A stretch of 61,247 nt of DNA, the filler included, from Streblomastix strix (lineage: Eukaryota): the NCBI GenBank assembly GCA_008636045.1. It is 2 parts of 2 records of this genome, joined end to end, with 100 filler letters (N's around TTAATTAATTAA, not from the genome) between each part and the next. Parts side by side here need not be neighbours in the genome. Positions count along the whole stretch, not along the records: positions 1 to 30,680 come from SNRW01000091.1; 1 more part is not named here. One strand, given 5' to 3'. A program made the position numbers and the translations under genes. Below are positions 1-12,171 of the stretch, piece after piece. The notes under the pieces are model-generated. The model made no database searches and was not told the DNA's origin. It worked only from the letters and a program-made list of their open reading frames with translations. How positions within the stretch are numbered: position 1 is the first letter of the stretch; every line of letters begins with the position of its first letter.

Positions 1-346
1 TTTCAATTAGATAAAAAATAAATTTAAGTCAATTATTCTTCGGTATGATCTTTTATTCTACTTCAGTTTATAAATATTCTAACATAAAACCTATATCATC
101 TTCTTTAAAATTATGATCAGATAATAATTTCATTAATTATTTTTGAACAATGTTATTTCTACAGAAAATCTACGTTTTCTTTTGTGCATATCTTCTCTTT
201 ATTGCTAACTATTGCTTTATTATTGCCTCATTTCTATCATCATAATTGAAGTATTTCTTTGGCCTTCCAACTGATCTCTTTTACCCAGCAAGCGAGTCAA
301 TTTATTTACTTTAAACTTCATTATTAATCTCGATTGATGTTTCCAT
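1..346 (-). CDS. Small basic protein with AT-hook-like motif (3' end outside window)
   Basis: With TAR=Gln: METSIEINNEVQSKQIDSLAGQKRSVGRPKKYFNYDDRNEAIIKQQLAIKRRYAQKK..., open to position 1. GRPKK motif. Confidence 0.6.
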
Positions 347-415
347 TTCAATAATAATAAAAATATATTCAAAATTTTAATCTAAAATTTAATTTATATT
401 CATTATTTAATTCAA

Positions 416-1501
416 TCATATTTTTGCCATTAATTTTGTGAAGAATATTGGTAATACTACAGTTTATATATTACTATATGGATTCAATAACTCAACTTTA
501 ACATTCCCTTTAATATATTCCATACATATACCAATATTATTGAAGTTGCGTCTAATTTTATAAAATAAGTGTTTTGTCCTTGCGATATCAATATGTAATA
601 ATAAAATTTTATCCTTTTGATATTGTTTTTGGACCATATTATTTCTATAATTTTCTTATATCATTTAATTATTGCTAGTGATAGATGTATCAATCCTCTA
701 TTCGTTTATCATTTTAAACTTATATTGGACTATACTTATTTTTGTAAGCAATATGCGGTGTATTATTATTATATAAATCTATAGTTAATTGCATCAATTA
801 TTCATTTGCAAGTTCATAAATGTTATTATCGAATGCGTTTCTAATTGTTCGAATTACTCTATCAATTATTATATTATGATTAGTGAATTTGTTGCCTGTG
901 AAGAATGTATTTATGTAGTTTTCTTTATAGAAATTATTTAATAATTTTGAAGCATAAGACTTCTCACCATCACCTCTGATATCATTAATTTAAACAAGTG
1001 ATATGAGCTATTTGAGAGCATCAAGGGTTGGAATTTATGATTTTGATTTTTCTGGAATTATTACTAGATATTTAGTATTTACACTAATAACGAATAGATA
1101 TTTTCTAATTTCAGCATTCTTTTCATTATGAATACTTAATCTATTTCCAAAAAATTGTAGTTAGGTGAGAAGTATGGTCCTTCAAATTTCGCTAGAGGTT
1201 TTAGTTAATAGTCTTGAGGTTCTAGGGTATTAGTTTAAGGATAAATATCAAATTAGTTCTTAGTTTAGTGAGTTGGAATATCATAGTAATTAGCTTTAAG
1301 GATAAAAACATTCTTTGATTTGAATTGGAATTGTTTTTATGTTATCTCTTAGTATAAATCATCATTCGTTAACTTTTTTGATTTCTTTGACTTAAGTTGT
1401 AAAGGATATATTTTCTATGGATATCTCTAAGTATATTACAAAATGTATTAATCATACCATTAGCTAAAAGATTTATCAACAAAGTTAACAGTTTATGCCA
1501 T
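416..1501 (-). pseudogene. Polinton-type rve-like integrase 1
   Basis: GPYFSPNYNFLEID...YLFVISVNTKYLV...IRGDGEK...NHNIIIDRVIRTIRNAF...YNNNTPH. One in-frame TGA (~690) and a frameshift (~628). Confidence 0.85.
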
Positions 1502-1544
1502 TTAATCCAATATTATGAACTACTTTTAATTGAACTTATGATTC

Positions 1545-2182
1545 AGAAAACTGGTATAAAATGATTGTTTTGTACTAATATTTTCTTATTAAAAAATTGC
1601 ATTTATTTTTATGTTTGAATTGATATCATTATCTAAATTGAATTACTCCTATTCATTAACTATATCCATTACTTACTACTTTAATTTATTAAGTTCATTA
1701 ACAAAAGTAATTGATTAGCTTTGTATTTTAGCTTTTGGTTTCAAAGGTTAAATAGTCAAAGTATTCAATAGTGGTTAATTAATTCTAATAGGCAAATATA
1801 CTTAAATTTATGGTTAAATTGATTATGATACTGAATTTGATTATAATTTTTCTTTAATTTTATCATATTTCGCTTAAGCAATTTATTAATCATGTTCCTC
1901 CTATGCAATGATAAATTTATACAAATTTAGATTTTCATCCTCAGTCCAACTCTTATACTTATCCCATAATTTATTAAAATCATCATCTGTTAAGTAACTA
2001 GAATAATAATATCCATTTTCAATTACTCTATCATCGTAATCTTTATTTAATAATATCTTCATCTAACCCTTTGCTAATATAACTTTATCCATGTTATCAT
2101 AATAATATAAATAATAATAAGCTAGTGTTTAAGAATCTAAATTTTTCTATTGATCAAGTTATTGTAACTGTCTTAATGCCAT
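1545..2182 (-). pseudogene. Hypothetical element protein, frameshifted
   Basis: ATG at 2182 (MALRQLQQLDQQKNLDSQTLAYYY...). Long TAR=Gln frames broken by frameshifts; no recognised motif. Confidence 0.4.
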
Positions 2183-2215
2183 TTTATTTATAGTAAGTAA
2201 GCAAAAATAAACGAT

Positions 2216-2572
2216 TCAATCCAACAAATTGTGTTATCTTTTAAATTTATTAATATTTATAGCTATTCTATGATCATCTGTATCATTAAGATAAACAAAT
2301 AATGATATATTTTTCTTTTATACATTAATATCTAATAATGTATAATCATTAATATTACGCAAGTAATATTTTTCTGTTAGCTAACTATAGTAATATTAAC
2401 GTTAAAACTCATAATAACCACGATAATTATCATAATTTTCAATACGAATAGCGTCGTCGGGGAGTTCATTCATAAAATCATATTTAAGTTATATAAACAT
2501 AGGATGTCTATATCCCTAATTATTATGTGATTTTAGTCTAATGGATTAAGTCTGAATTTCACTCTATCTCAT
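2216..2572 (-). CDS. Stand-alone paralog of the HNH protein's C-terminal domain (118 aa)
   Basis: MRQSEIQ...YDFMNELPDDAIRIENY...YYYSQLTEKYY...LLDINV...LFVYLNDT...INKFKRQHNLLD* aligns by eye with the C-terminal half of 2641..3240. Confidence 0.7.
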
Positions 2573-2640
2573 TTATAATCTCGATAAAAAGTAAAAAAGA
2601 TAATAATATGTACTTTCCTCAATTGTTATATTAGATAATT

Positions 2641-3240
2641 TCAATTTATTACATTAAACAGTTTTTTGAATTTATTGATACAAATATTTATTAAATCATT
2701 TTTTGTATCATAAGCATAAACAAATAACATTCCACTTCGTTTTACTTCATTAATATGTAATAACCTATATTTTAAACCATTACAGTAATAAAATTTATCT
2801 GTTTGTTCACTATAATAATAGAATTCAAATCTACATAATCTATAATCATTAATGGTAATAGCGTCATCAGGAATATCATCAACATATTCATATATAACAT
2901 CAGCATTGTGTTTAAATTTATTTTTCTAATTAACACTATTATTTACCCAGCGTAAATTTTCTATACTATTATCAGTTTTAACTCCATTCTTGTGATCTAT
3001 TTATGTCTTATTAATCGGATCATCATTTTCAATAAGTTATTCTACAACCAATCTATGTAACGAATATGTTTATCTTCCAAAACCTCCAATCAAATACCCG
3101 CAATTATTCTTACTGAATTTAGGAATAAATCCAACTTCTTTTCTACGTACAATCCATGGCTCCGATTCTGAAATTTCAAATTCACTATTAGCTTTAAGAG
3201 TGACGAATTCTGTTTCTGTTTCTAATTCCGACATTATCAT
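2641..3240 (-). CDS. HNH (HNH_3-type) endonuclease, 199 aa, intact
   Basis: SLHRLVVEQLIENDDPINKTQIDHKNGVKTDNSIENLRWVNNSVNQKNK. Open from ATG to TGA with TAR=Gln. Confidence 0.85.
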
Positions 3241-3283
3241 CAAAAATAAAAATATAAAAATAATATTTAAATTACTATTTTAT

Positions 3284-3427
3284 TCATTTGTATAATTTTG
3301 ATTCAGAAACAAATTTGATTCCCGCCTCATAGATTGCTTTCCAAATAGCATGCTAATCAATGTGTAGTGATTCAAGAGTGTCAATTGCAATGGTTATATT
3401 TGCAGTAAATGGTTCAAAGAGAGTCAT
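3284..3427 (-). CDS. Small hypothetical protein (47 aa)
   Basis: MTLFEPFTANITIAIDTLESLHIDQHAIWKAIYEAGIKFVSESKLYK*, in a co-oriented tight gene array. Confidence 0.4.
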
Positions 3428-3450
3428 TTTTGATTACGAAAAATAACGAA

Positions 3451-3789
3451 TCAATCATCTATATTGTCAAGTAGATCTTCAAATTATTTCTTATAATTAT
3501 ATTTAATTTCATCATATTCCATTAATACGTTATATAATTTGTTATAGCTATTATTATTACAATTAATCCAATGTATTTCATGTTATATATTATTTTTAAA
3601 TATTCTTCTCATATTAATGAAAATGTTAGCAGAATCAGCGAAACAGGATTTTCGATAGTCGTCCGCAACTTTGATGTCACTGAAGGGGCTATTTATTTCA
3701 TCACTAATATGATTTGGTTTTGAATTTGTTTTCTATTTGTATTAATTCATTTAATTATCAAGTTATTATAGTTTCGATTATGTTTCCAT
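3451..3789 (-). CDS. Hypothetical protein (112 aa)
   Basis: METQSKLQQLDNQ...FSDIKVADDYRKSCFADSANIF...FEDLLDNIDD*, open with TAR=Gln. Confidence 0.5.
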
Positions 3790-3877
3790 TAGTTATTCAA
3801 TCTTTTTTTGTCAATATAAATTTGAGTTAAATATTATATTGTTTGCGTTTTAGATTAAAATAGAAAATAAAAATAAT

Positions 3878-6800
3878 TCATTAATCTTTGATTTAATAAT
3901 CATTTGCTTTCAATCCTTTAATATAAGGACAGCAACATTAATTCCTAGGTATTATTGATTTATTATTGAACCCAGTTAGTGCATACTTTTCAACTTGAAT
4001 ACTACTCGTAACATTATCGTACATTTTTAATGTTCCATTAATAGTTTTTTTCACTATATCTTTATTAATTACATTAACGTAATCATTATGAGATATCTAC
4101 TATGACTAACTAATTCCTTTAGATGCTATTTTTGGTTTAAATTCAAATTATTATTTTTCATTGTTCCTTTTGTGTACAATCATTGAATAGCACTTAGGTA
4201 CAAGTGATGTAAGTTCATATTCTTCATTTTCTATTCCAAATCCAAGTATCTTTTCGTAGTCATAGATGTCTTTATTTGGATCAGGTAAATACTAGTATAC
4301 ATGTTAGTCATAGAACTGTTTATCTGTTATTATAACTTAAAATTATTAATAACAGTCTTTAGCTGATTCACCTGCTAAAGCTATATAAATTGAATCAGTA
4401 TCTGCAAGAACAAAATGAAATCGTCTACGGTCTAGACATTTATACATAAAGTTATATATAAAATTGAGATACCAATATTTTGCATCATCTAGTGTAAAAA
4501 CTCCTGATTAAAGTGATGTAAAACAAGTAGCTGTTTTAGGCTTAATTTATACTGCAAATGTATTAACACTAATCAGTCCGGTTCCAATGTGATTAGGATG
4601 ATGTTATGCGATGAAAGTACCAACTTTATCTAACATCTTTATCATACCAAATTTCTCTATATTTAGTGTATTATATCCATATGATGCGTTAATTATTAAC
4701 ATATAAAATTTTTCTTTAGATGATCCTGCTAATATAGCTTAAATTCTTAAGTTCATCATCGTGCTAGTGAAAGGCTCATATGCCACATTTTTCACAAAGA
4801 CTGCAATAGCTTTATAGTCATTAATGATGATACCAAGATCAATAAGTAACCATAAATAATAGTTATTGAATATCATAATTTGACCTTTAGTATCGAGTAA
4901 TGTTGTAAGTTTTCTTTCTTTCCTAGTCATTGGCAGTGAATGTTTTTGTGCTTATAAATACAGTAGATAACATTTAATTCGTATGTCGAAAATCGAAGAA
5001 GGAGCAACTACGAATTAACCGTTATCTACTGTACATATATTCATCTATCATCTCTTCTTTGCTGTTTATCTCAATGTTTCTAAAGATTGAAGGAGGCGCA
5101 AGTAAGTTATTGTACTCTGATTTAGGAAAGTTGCCTTTGACTTTTGCTACAAATATATCCTTTTTCAAAACTATGCAGATTTTTATTACTTATGGTTTTT
5201 CTGAATAAAATCTCGATCTGCTTGCCATATACATTCTAACGACAGTGTAAGGAATATTTTCATTTTTGACTGATGAATATGAACTGGGATATAGACTATT
5301 ACCGTCAAGAGCAAATACATGAGTAGTGATATTTTCATTATCTTATGAGATCACTTTGTTTTATTATTCATCATAAGTTTATTCTTTTATGTGAGTTTTT
5401 CCTGCAATATTCTCTCTATGAAATACCGCAGCAAGACCGCCTGAGATACATTCTCGAAGTAATTTATATATTCTTTCATCACTTATTGTCATAGGTAAAT
5501 TATGTTTAATTGCATTCTATCTCATCTAGATATGTAATGATGCTATTTTTGTATCTCTATTTGCATGCGTTATATTACATGAAACACATGCAAGCAAACA
5601 ATTATTTTTAATATGATGAAGTTCATTATTTTATCTATCTAAACTTGGCGGGTTATCGTATGCAAATTATGCACTACAAATTGAACACACTGATGTTTCA
5701 AATAACTTTTTATAGTAATCATAGTCATCAGCAGTTACATTTTTCTCTGTTTCTCTACCCACTATATAATCCTGTTATTAATAGTGATAACATTTATTCT
5801 TCGAACACCATGCTGTTAGTACAAAAGGTTTAACATTAGAATTTGGATTGAAATAGTCAGCATTTATATCAAAATCAGAGTAATATGTCTATTTATCACT
5901 TTCAAGATAGAATTTAGATGGAAAGTATGTTGAAAAGTGATTCGTTGCATACGCACATGAAGCTATTGAATTGTAGTGTAAAACATCAAAATTGAATTAT
6001 TAAAATGAATCAATTAAATTTATTAAAGGATTAACCATAATCTATATATCAATACTGTTATAATATTTGAGGTATTTTAGTCTGTTGGTGAATCTCTTAA
6101 AGTTAACCAAATATGAATCATATTCATCTTTTGTAATGGAATAACCTCCTTTGAGCTATGATTTGAAATCTTCACATTCAAGTGGTTCAGTTTTCATTAA
6201 TACTTCCTTCAAATTCTTTGAGTTAATAATTTCATATGGAAATACATCTTTACGTTCGCTTTTATCACTATAATTTTTTACACAAGCTTTTAAAGTCATT
6301 GGTCCAAATAGATTCTCAGCATCAATGAATTGTAATTTCATTTGTGACTTCTTATTTGTTACTGTAATTGATTTAGTATTATTGAGATCACCAATAGGTT
6401 CATCGATTGTCCAAAGTTCACAATCTAAGGCATCCAATAACAGAGCAATATAAAATCTTGAAATATTCCATCCCATTACTTTAACACATCTGTCAAAAGG
6501 AATATTTTCATCATCGTACTTCATACTCTAATATATCTATTCTGCTGATTCGAAAGTTTATGCGAGCCATAGATGAACAAATGATGAATTGGATGGTAGT
6601 CCAAAATTTTCTAATTATTCTTAATAATTCTCAGATAATTCATCGAATAATGTATAACATCTCTTAACTAATTCATATGATTTGTCTCTGTTTGGATATA
6701 CTTCTGTTGACGCAATTGATAATCTAGATAATTATAAGAGTAATGTTGTTTAATCAGTTGTCTCTTTCATAATTAAATCACTAAATGTTTCAAAGTCATA

Positions 6801-8576
6801 TATTATAAATCCTCGCTATGCTTTAAATTAATCCATTAGTCCATAAGCTATTAAATACTCTGTAGTAGGATGACTTAATATTGCCGGACATATAGGCATT
6901 AGAACATCATGTAATAAGATTGATAGCTCATGAGTTGATGACTAACATTTTTCTACATTAGTATTGAAATATTCATTAGCTCTTTTGTTAGTGTTTGATA
7001 ATATTGTAACATATTCATGACAGTAAGGACATATAAGAACACCTGTTAGCTTTTCAACATTAGATACATACAATATATGTTAATCACTTCCATCAATAAT
7101 GAGTAGTAAGTCTAAAGTTATTGATTCATTATTGAGTTATGCATATGAATTATATAGTCTATACTAACCTGTTTTTCTCACTAATTCCTCATGATAAGTG
7201 TATATATTAACAACAAGATTGAATATATGAGTAAATTTAGTCATTTCTGTCGAGATATTGAAACCCTATTAACCTCATAGATATTTGTTAAGTGATTAGC
7301 CTTTCCTAGATGCTTTGTTATATAAGTACTCAAACAGCTAATATTTCCCTTTAATATTACAGAAATATGCGATTAATTGTTTAACAAATAATATTACTTA
7401 GCAATGGTCAATTTTTTTGTCAATTTCACTTCCTATTCTATAGGATAGTGCTATAAAGAAACATATTTTATAATTTGAATCTATTTAATGAACTGAGTGC
7501 TATTTAATAAGTTTATCAAGATATGGCATTCTTGTTCCAGTATCTATTAATTTATAAGAAGCAAACATTACATTAAATATTCCAACTATCAGATTTCTAC
7601 TGTCTTCATATGTCCGTTTCATTAATTCTCTTAACTGTTTAAACATATTTACTTTGAATTATTCTAGTGATTTCTTGTCAGTTATTGTTAATTATTTATG
7701 TATGAAAGCATTATCTAATGAAAGAATTTTACAAGAATATTCATAATTATTACTATCAAGTTTTCGTAATATTTGAACTCTAAAATCAATTTGAATTTTA
7801 AACGGAAGTCCTTTATTTGAATCTTAAACTTTATTTGCAAATTAAGACAGTTACTCTTACCGAGTTAGTTTATTAAAGAAATGAAATTTATAAGTAATTT
7901 CATCATAAACAGCTTCAGCAATTGCTTCATTATTTTTGAATTTACTTACTATTTTTATTGGTTTAATTGCTTCCTCTTCACTTTCAACATCACAAAATTG
8001 TAATGCAATTTATAATAATTTATTTACCCTTTTTAAATTCTCAATTGTTGAAATTGCGTGAGAGATATCATCTTCATTTTGCATTAAATATTAGTTGAAA
8101 ATACGTTTAAATTTATTAATTTTATCTTTAAATATTCTTTCAACATCAAACTGTTTAACTTTGAATTAATCTATATTATCATAAGCATCTAATCTATGTT
8201 TAATTTTATTAATTCTTTCTTTATATATTCTATCAACATCAAACCGTTTAATGTTTTATTAATCTATATTATCATATACTCTTAATCTCCATTTTGCTTT
8301 ATTAATTCTCTCATTATATATCCTATCAACATCAGATTCATTAATGAAAAGTTAATATTACTTATTGTACAACTTATTTATGAAATCTTATTAATTGACA
8401 TCATTTTCTTACATAAATTATTGATGTCGTTATCCTAATTATTACTCAAGAAATAGTTATACATTATCAAAATTTGTTCTACTCTTTGCATAATTTAAAT
8501 CCTTTAATTTAGTTATTAATTCAGTATATATTGAACCATATTTCTCTGATTCTTTGATTAGTCTAACAATAGCCAT
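3878..8576 (-). pseudogene. Protein-primed family B DNA polymerase 1 (pPolB), frameshifted
   Basis: ExoI IIYDFET (~6800), ExoII VMGWNISRF, motif A VFALDGNSLYPSS (~5300), motif B KFYMLIINASYG (~4690), motif C VLADTDSIY (~4400). ~1560 codons; span not a multiple of 3. Confidence 0.92.
8101..8335 (-). repeat. ~2.5 copies of a 93-bp/31-aa tandem repeat in the pPolB1 N-terminus
   Basis: DVDRIYNERINKAKWRLRVYDNIDQQNIKRF / DVDRIYKERINKIKHRLDAYDNIDQFKVKQF / DVERIFKDKINKFKRI. Confidence 0.85.
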
Positions 8577-8715
8577 TAATTAAAAAAATTTGTGGTTTTG
8601 TTAACTTAGACATTTATTGGGAAATAAAAAAAATAAATAATCTTTATAGATATTAATATTAATTTTTACCTTGTAATTTTATATATTATTCATATATATT
8701 GATTATAATAAATAT

Positions 8716-8818
8716 CAATATGCGTTGATTCTCATTTGACGTAAATGTTATATTATTAATATTATACATTACATATATCAAATGGCTTAAATAAATAACA
8801 ATATGCGTTGATGCTCAT
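8716..8818. promoter_or_regulatory. Pair of 20-bp direct repeats upstream of pPolB1
   Basis: CAATATGCGTTGATTCTCAT (8716-8735) and CAATATGCGTTGATGCTCAT (8799-8818), 19/20 identical, intergenic. Regulatory function is inferred only. Confidence 0.4.
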
Positions 8819-8859
8819 AGTCATTTGGTATGGATTAATGATATTATTTTTAAACGAAA

Positions 8860-10000
8860 AATCATAACATCCAAAATTTTTATATATTATCTCTATTTAC
8901 TCAACCACTTATTAAGCACTAAGAATTCATACTTGTTAAGAATACTATATACTAACATAAATTCATCAAAATCTAGATTCTAAATAGAATTTTCTTCGTA
9001 AGCTTGCATTAAATCACTTTCGCTAAGATTAACACCCAAACATCTAACATGTGATAATATTCTTGCTGTTTTGAACAAATAACTTGGAAGTTATGCAACA
9101 AAGAAAATAGTATTTTTGCTATGTCCACTGTCGGAAACAAGTTGAGTTATTGTCTTCGCCAATCTAGAAGAGAATCATTATATATTAGCATTGCTTCCAA
9201 TATCATCAAAAATTAACAGTGAATTCAGCAGCGAACTATGAAAAAGTATGGAGATTTTTGTTATTTTTAACTCCGCATCTCCAACATCTTATGAAATAGA
9301 TAATTTCCTCTCGAAATACGCATTGTTAATGATTGCTGGGACAGTAAATCTCATAATCATTGTTGGAACACAGTATTTTGTTATTTTATCCATACTTTTT
9401 ATTCAAATATCTAAGCAATTTTTCTTGTATAATCCTTTCGTTTTTCCATTTATTTCTCGATAGATGCGAATGCAAGACGAGTTAGATTCTCTTTAATTGG
9501 ATAATTTTGAATAATTCTTTCCTTCGTTCTTTATATATAATCTGATTCGTAAGATATGTTTATTTCACATAATTTACAATAAGTATAGACTTACTTTACT
9601 GAATACTTGATCTCATCAAATTATGGTAAGAAATACATTGCTTCCTCATAAGTTATGTTGGTTAATACGATATTCTTCGAGTTAAGATTCAATGCCATAG
9701 TCTCATCAACACCAAAATTGAAAAAATATAAAATAAAAAGATTAATTCTCTGTTTGTATATTACAATTAGTTTGCTTAATAGGGTTGTTTTTCCTGAATC
9801 AACAGCGCTAACAATATAATGATTCCCATTGATTATGAATAATGAATTTCTGGTTAATGGTTTGGTTTTGTATTCATCTTGCATAGAATTATCGTCGAAT
9901 GTAGTAGATAATATCTCTTCTAATGTCGTGTGATTTTATCAGTCGCCAAATGAATATGTTATTATTAATAGTTAATTCTATATTTTATGGTGTTAACTTC
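8860..10000 (-). pseudogene. A32/FtsK-like virion packaging ATPase
   Basis: Walker A HYIVSAVDSGKTTLL (~9790), Walker B SLLIFDDIG (~9210), downstream LVSDSGHSKNTIFFVAQLPSYLFKTARIL resembling the A32 RH...hhhhQ...R motif. Disrupted. Confidence 0.75.
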
Positions 10001-10199
10001 ATAGTATCTGTAATTTCATTATCAATTCCTGAATAACTTACATAAATAATCTCATTAATAAAGTAATTATGGAGTTATTTTGATGTGGTTTTAGTACCAT
10101 TGAATATAATGATTTATATATTCTAATTTGTTTATCAGCGACGAAAGAAAATCGAGATGGAAAATGCCTTTAAATCAAATAAATAAGTAAATTATTTTC

Positions 10200-11190
10200 A
10201 ATGTTCCAAGTATACAAATGAATAAATAGAGGATTTCACTAAAGAAGCAATAGAAAAATTAGACGAAAAACTCGCTAAAATAAAAAAAACATTCTGTATT
10301 TGAAGTTATTGAATTAAATGATTTATGATTCGATGTCAGGTTGACAATGAGTTCATTCCATTAATTATAACAGAATTCCCTGTTGATCAACTTTTTTGAT
10401 TATTACATATTTACCAGTAATAATAATCAGTTGGATAATTAATTTTTAATAAAACATTCGTTGGTTAAGCAGAACCTTATGAAATAGAAATTTCTTAATG
10501 TGGAAGATATTGTTTTTCTAATGATATTCTAATATCTTATGAAATTCTTAATGTAATTATTCCCTAACTGATTGTTGTCTCATATATTGTTAGAAAGAAG
10601 TTAAAAAAAACCATGTTTTACCATTTTTAGATGAATTATTTCGAAAATTCGGACGGAAATGAAACATTTATATTCAAAGTTATGGAACTACAATAATTTG
10701 TTAATAAAGTAGGAGGATAAATTGCAAGATTATTAAACATTAATCTATCACTCATCATAGCTAATCCATGCTATGATTCATTACTTGGATGAATTAATAA
10801 AGTATTTGATTTACTTGCTCTTATTAACCATTATCCACTTATAGCACCACTTTCCTAAGTACTTGAACGGCCAAGATATATGCTAGAATTCTAATCCGAT
10901 GTAGTTTTTGCTAAATTTCTGGAATTTCTTATTCTATCAACACATTTGGCATCATAATATAGCCTAAAATTAAAATGATTCATGTAAGTTCCATTTGCAA
11001 GCATAATATATTAATTAGTACCTTCTAGTTCTATAAAAGATTATGCTGTAACTTGATTTGTAAATGATTTAGTTCCAGTAATAGTTTAAGCTGTGTTTAA
11101 TTTAACTAAATGTGATAAATCTACTTATGTTTTCTTAAAAAATAAACTAAATTAAGTAAAATATTTAATTATTTCATTATCTATCTATTA
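10200..11190 (+). pseudogene. Orphan element ORF (~320 codons), decayed
   Basis: Long TAR=Gln frame (IRCQVDNEFIPLIITEFP...HYPLIAPLSQVLERPRYMLEF...) with several in-frame TGA. Confidence 0.4.
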
Positions 11191-12171
11191 AGTTATTTAT
11201 TTTTACAACTTATATAGAGATTCTATTTCTTATTATTATTTCTTCATTTTCTCATATTCTGATTTCATTTATTATATTTCATCCTCTGTTGGGTCTTCCA
11301 AATCTGAAATAGGTTATTCTCCTTCCATTGGTTTTCAACAAAAATAAATCAATTTGTTAAGATATAATGATCAAAAAACCGAATGTTTATTGCCGCGAGT
11401 TTGCGCAGCGTCAAAAATCATCAGGATCAATATCTGATTCGAGTTTATCGGAAAATCTAACGAAATCCTTATTTACTCGATATAACTTCTCAATACTATT
11501 TCATAATACGTTATCAAAGTTAGAAATTGAGACATTCTTGATGTGTACATCATCTATTCTTACGATTTCTTTCTTCTTATATTTTTTTGATGTGCAACTA
11601 TTATATCTCAATAATGGTTCTTCCATTACAACTTCAATATCTTTCTCTTTTTCTTAGGTTATTAATGCCCAGAGTTTAACATAATTATTTGAATTGAATA
11701 TGAAATCTTCTTTTTTCTTACGAGAATCAACACATCTCCAAATCGTATCTATGATGAATTTCTGCACTTCTAAATTATAATTGGATAAATATGTATCCTT
11801 AACAACTTATTCTAGTTAACTTAAGCAGTTTCAAGAGGGACTTCTTTATATTTGTGAAAGTTATATTGCCTTCGTCGCGGACGATCAATTTAGATTCCTC
11901 TTTAGAATTCCTCCTGTTTATAGGTATTGAATTCATTATTTTATTGAGGAGTCTTGATTGATGAACCACTCAGTTCTTGTGAAAATATAGGATGGAGCTG
12001 CTCCCATAAAACTTCAACCTACGAAATTTAAAATGTTTTCCTAAAACCATTTGTCATCGCATCATCAATGGCTTATAATCTCGCCTTATCTTCCTCTGAA
12101 AGTTTTTTCTTAACAGTACTTGCGTGCTTGCTTTTATGAACTCTATTTTAATTCGCTTATATTGTTGTCAT
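11190..12171 (-). pseudogene. Orphan element ORF, decayed
   Basis: MTTIQANQNRVHKSKH...LQAIDDAMTNGF...EVQKFIIDTIWRCVDSRK...; frameshifts and TGA present. Confidence 0.4.

Noticed and set aside
8101..8335. CRISPR-like repeat array
   Set aside because: In-frame 93-bp coding repeats without unique spacers, no cas genes, and a eukaryotic context.
10200..11190. TGA=Trp (all three stops reassigned)
   Set aside because: Internal TGAs occur mainly in genes that are otherwise visibly decayed. Intact genes use TGG for Trp and end in TGA.
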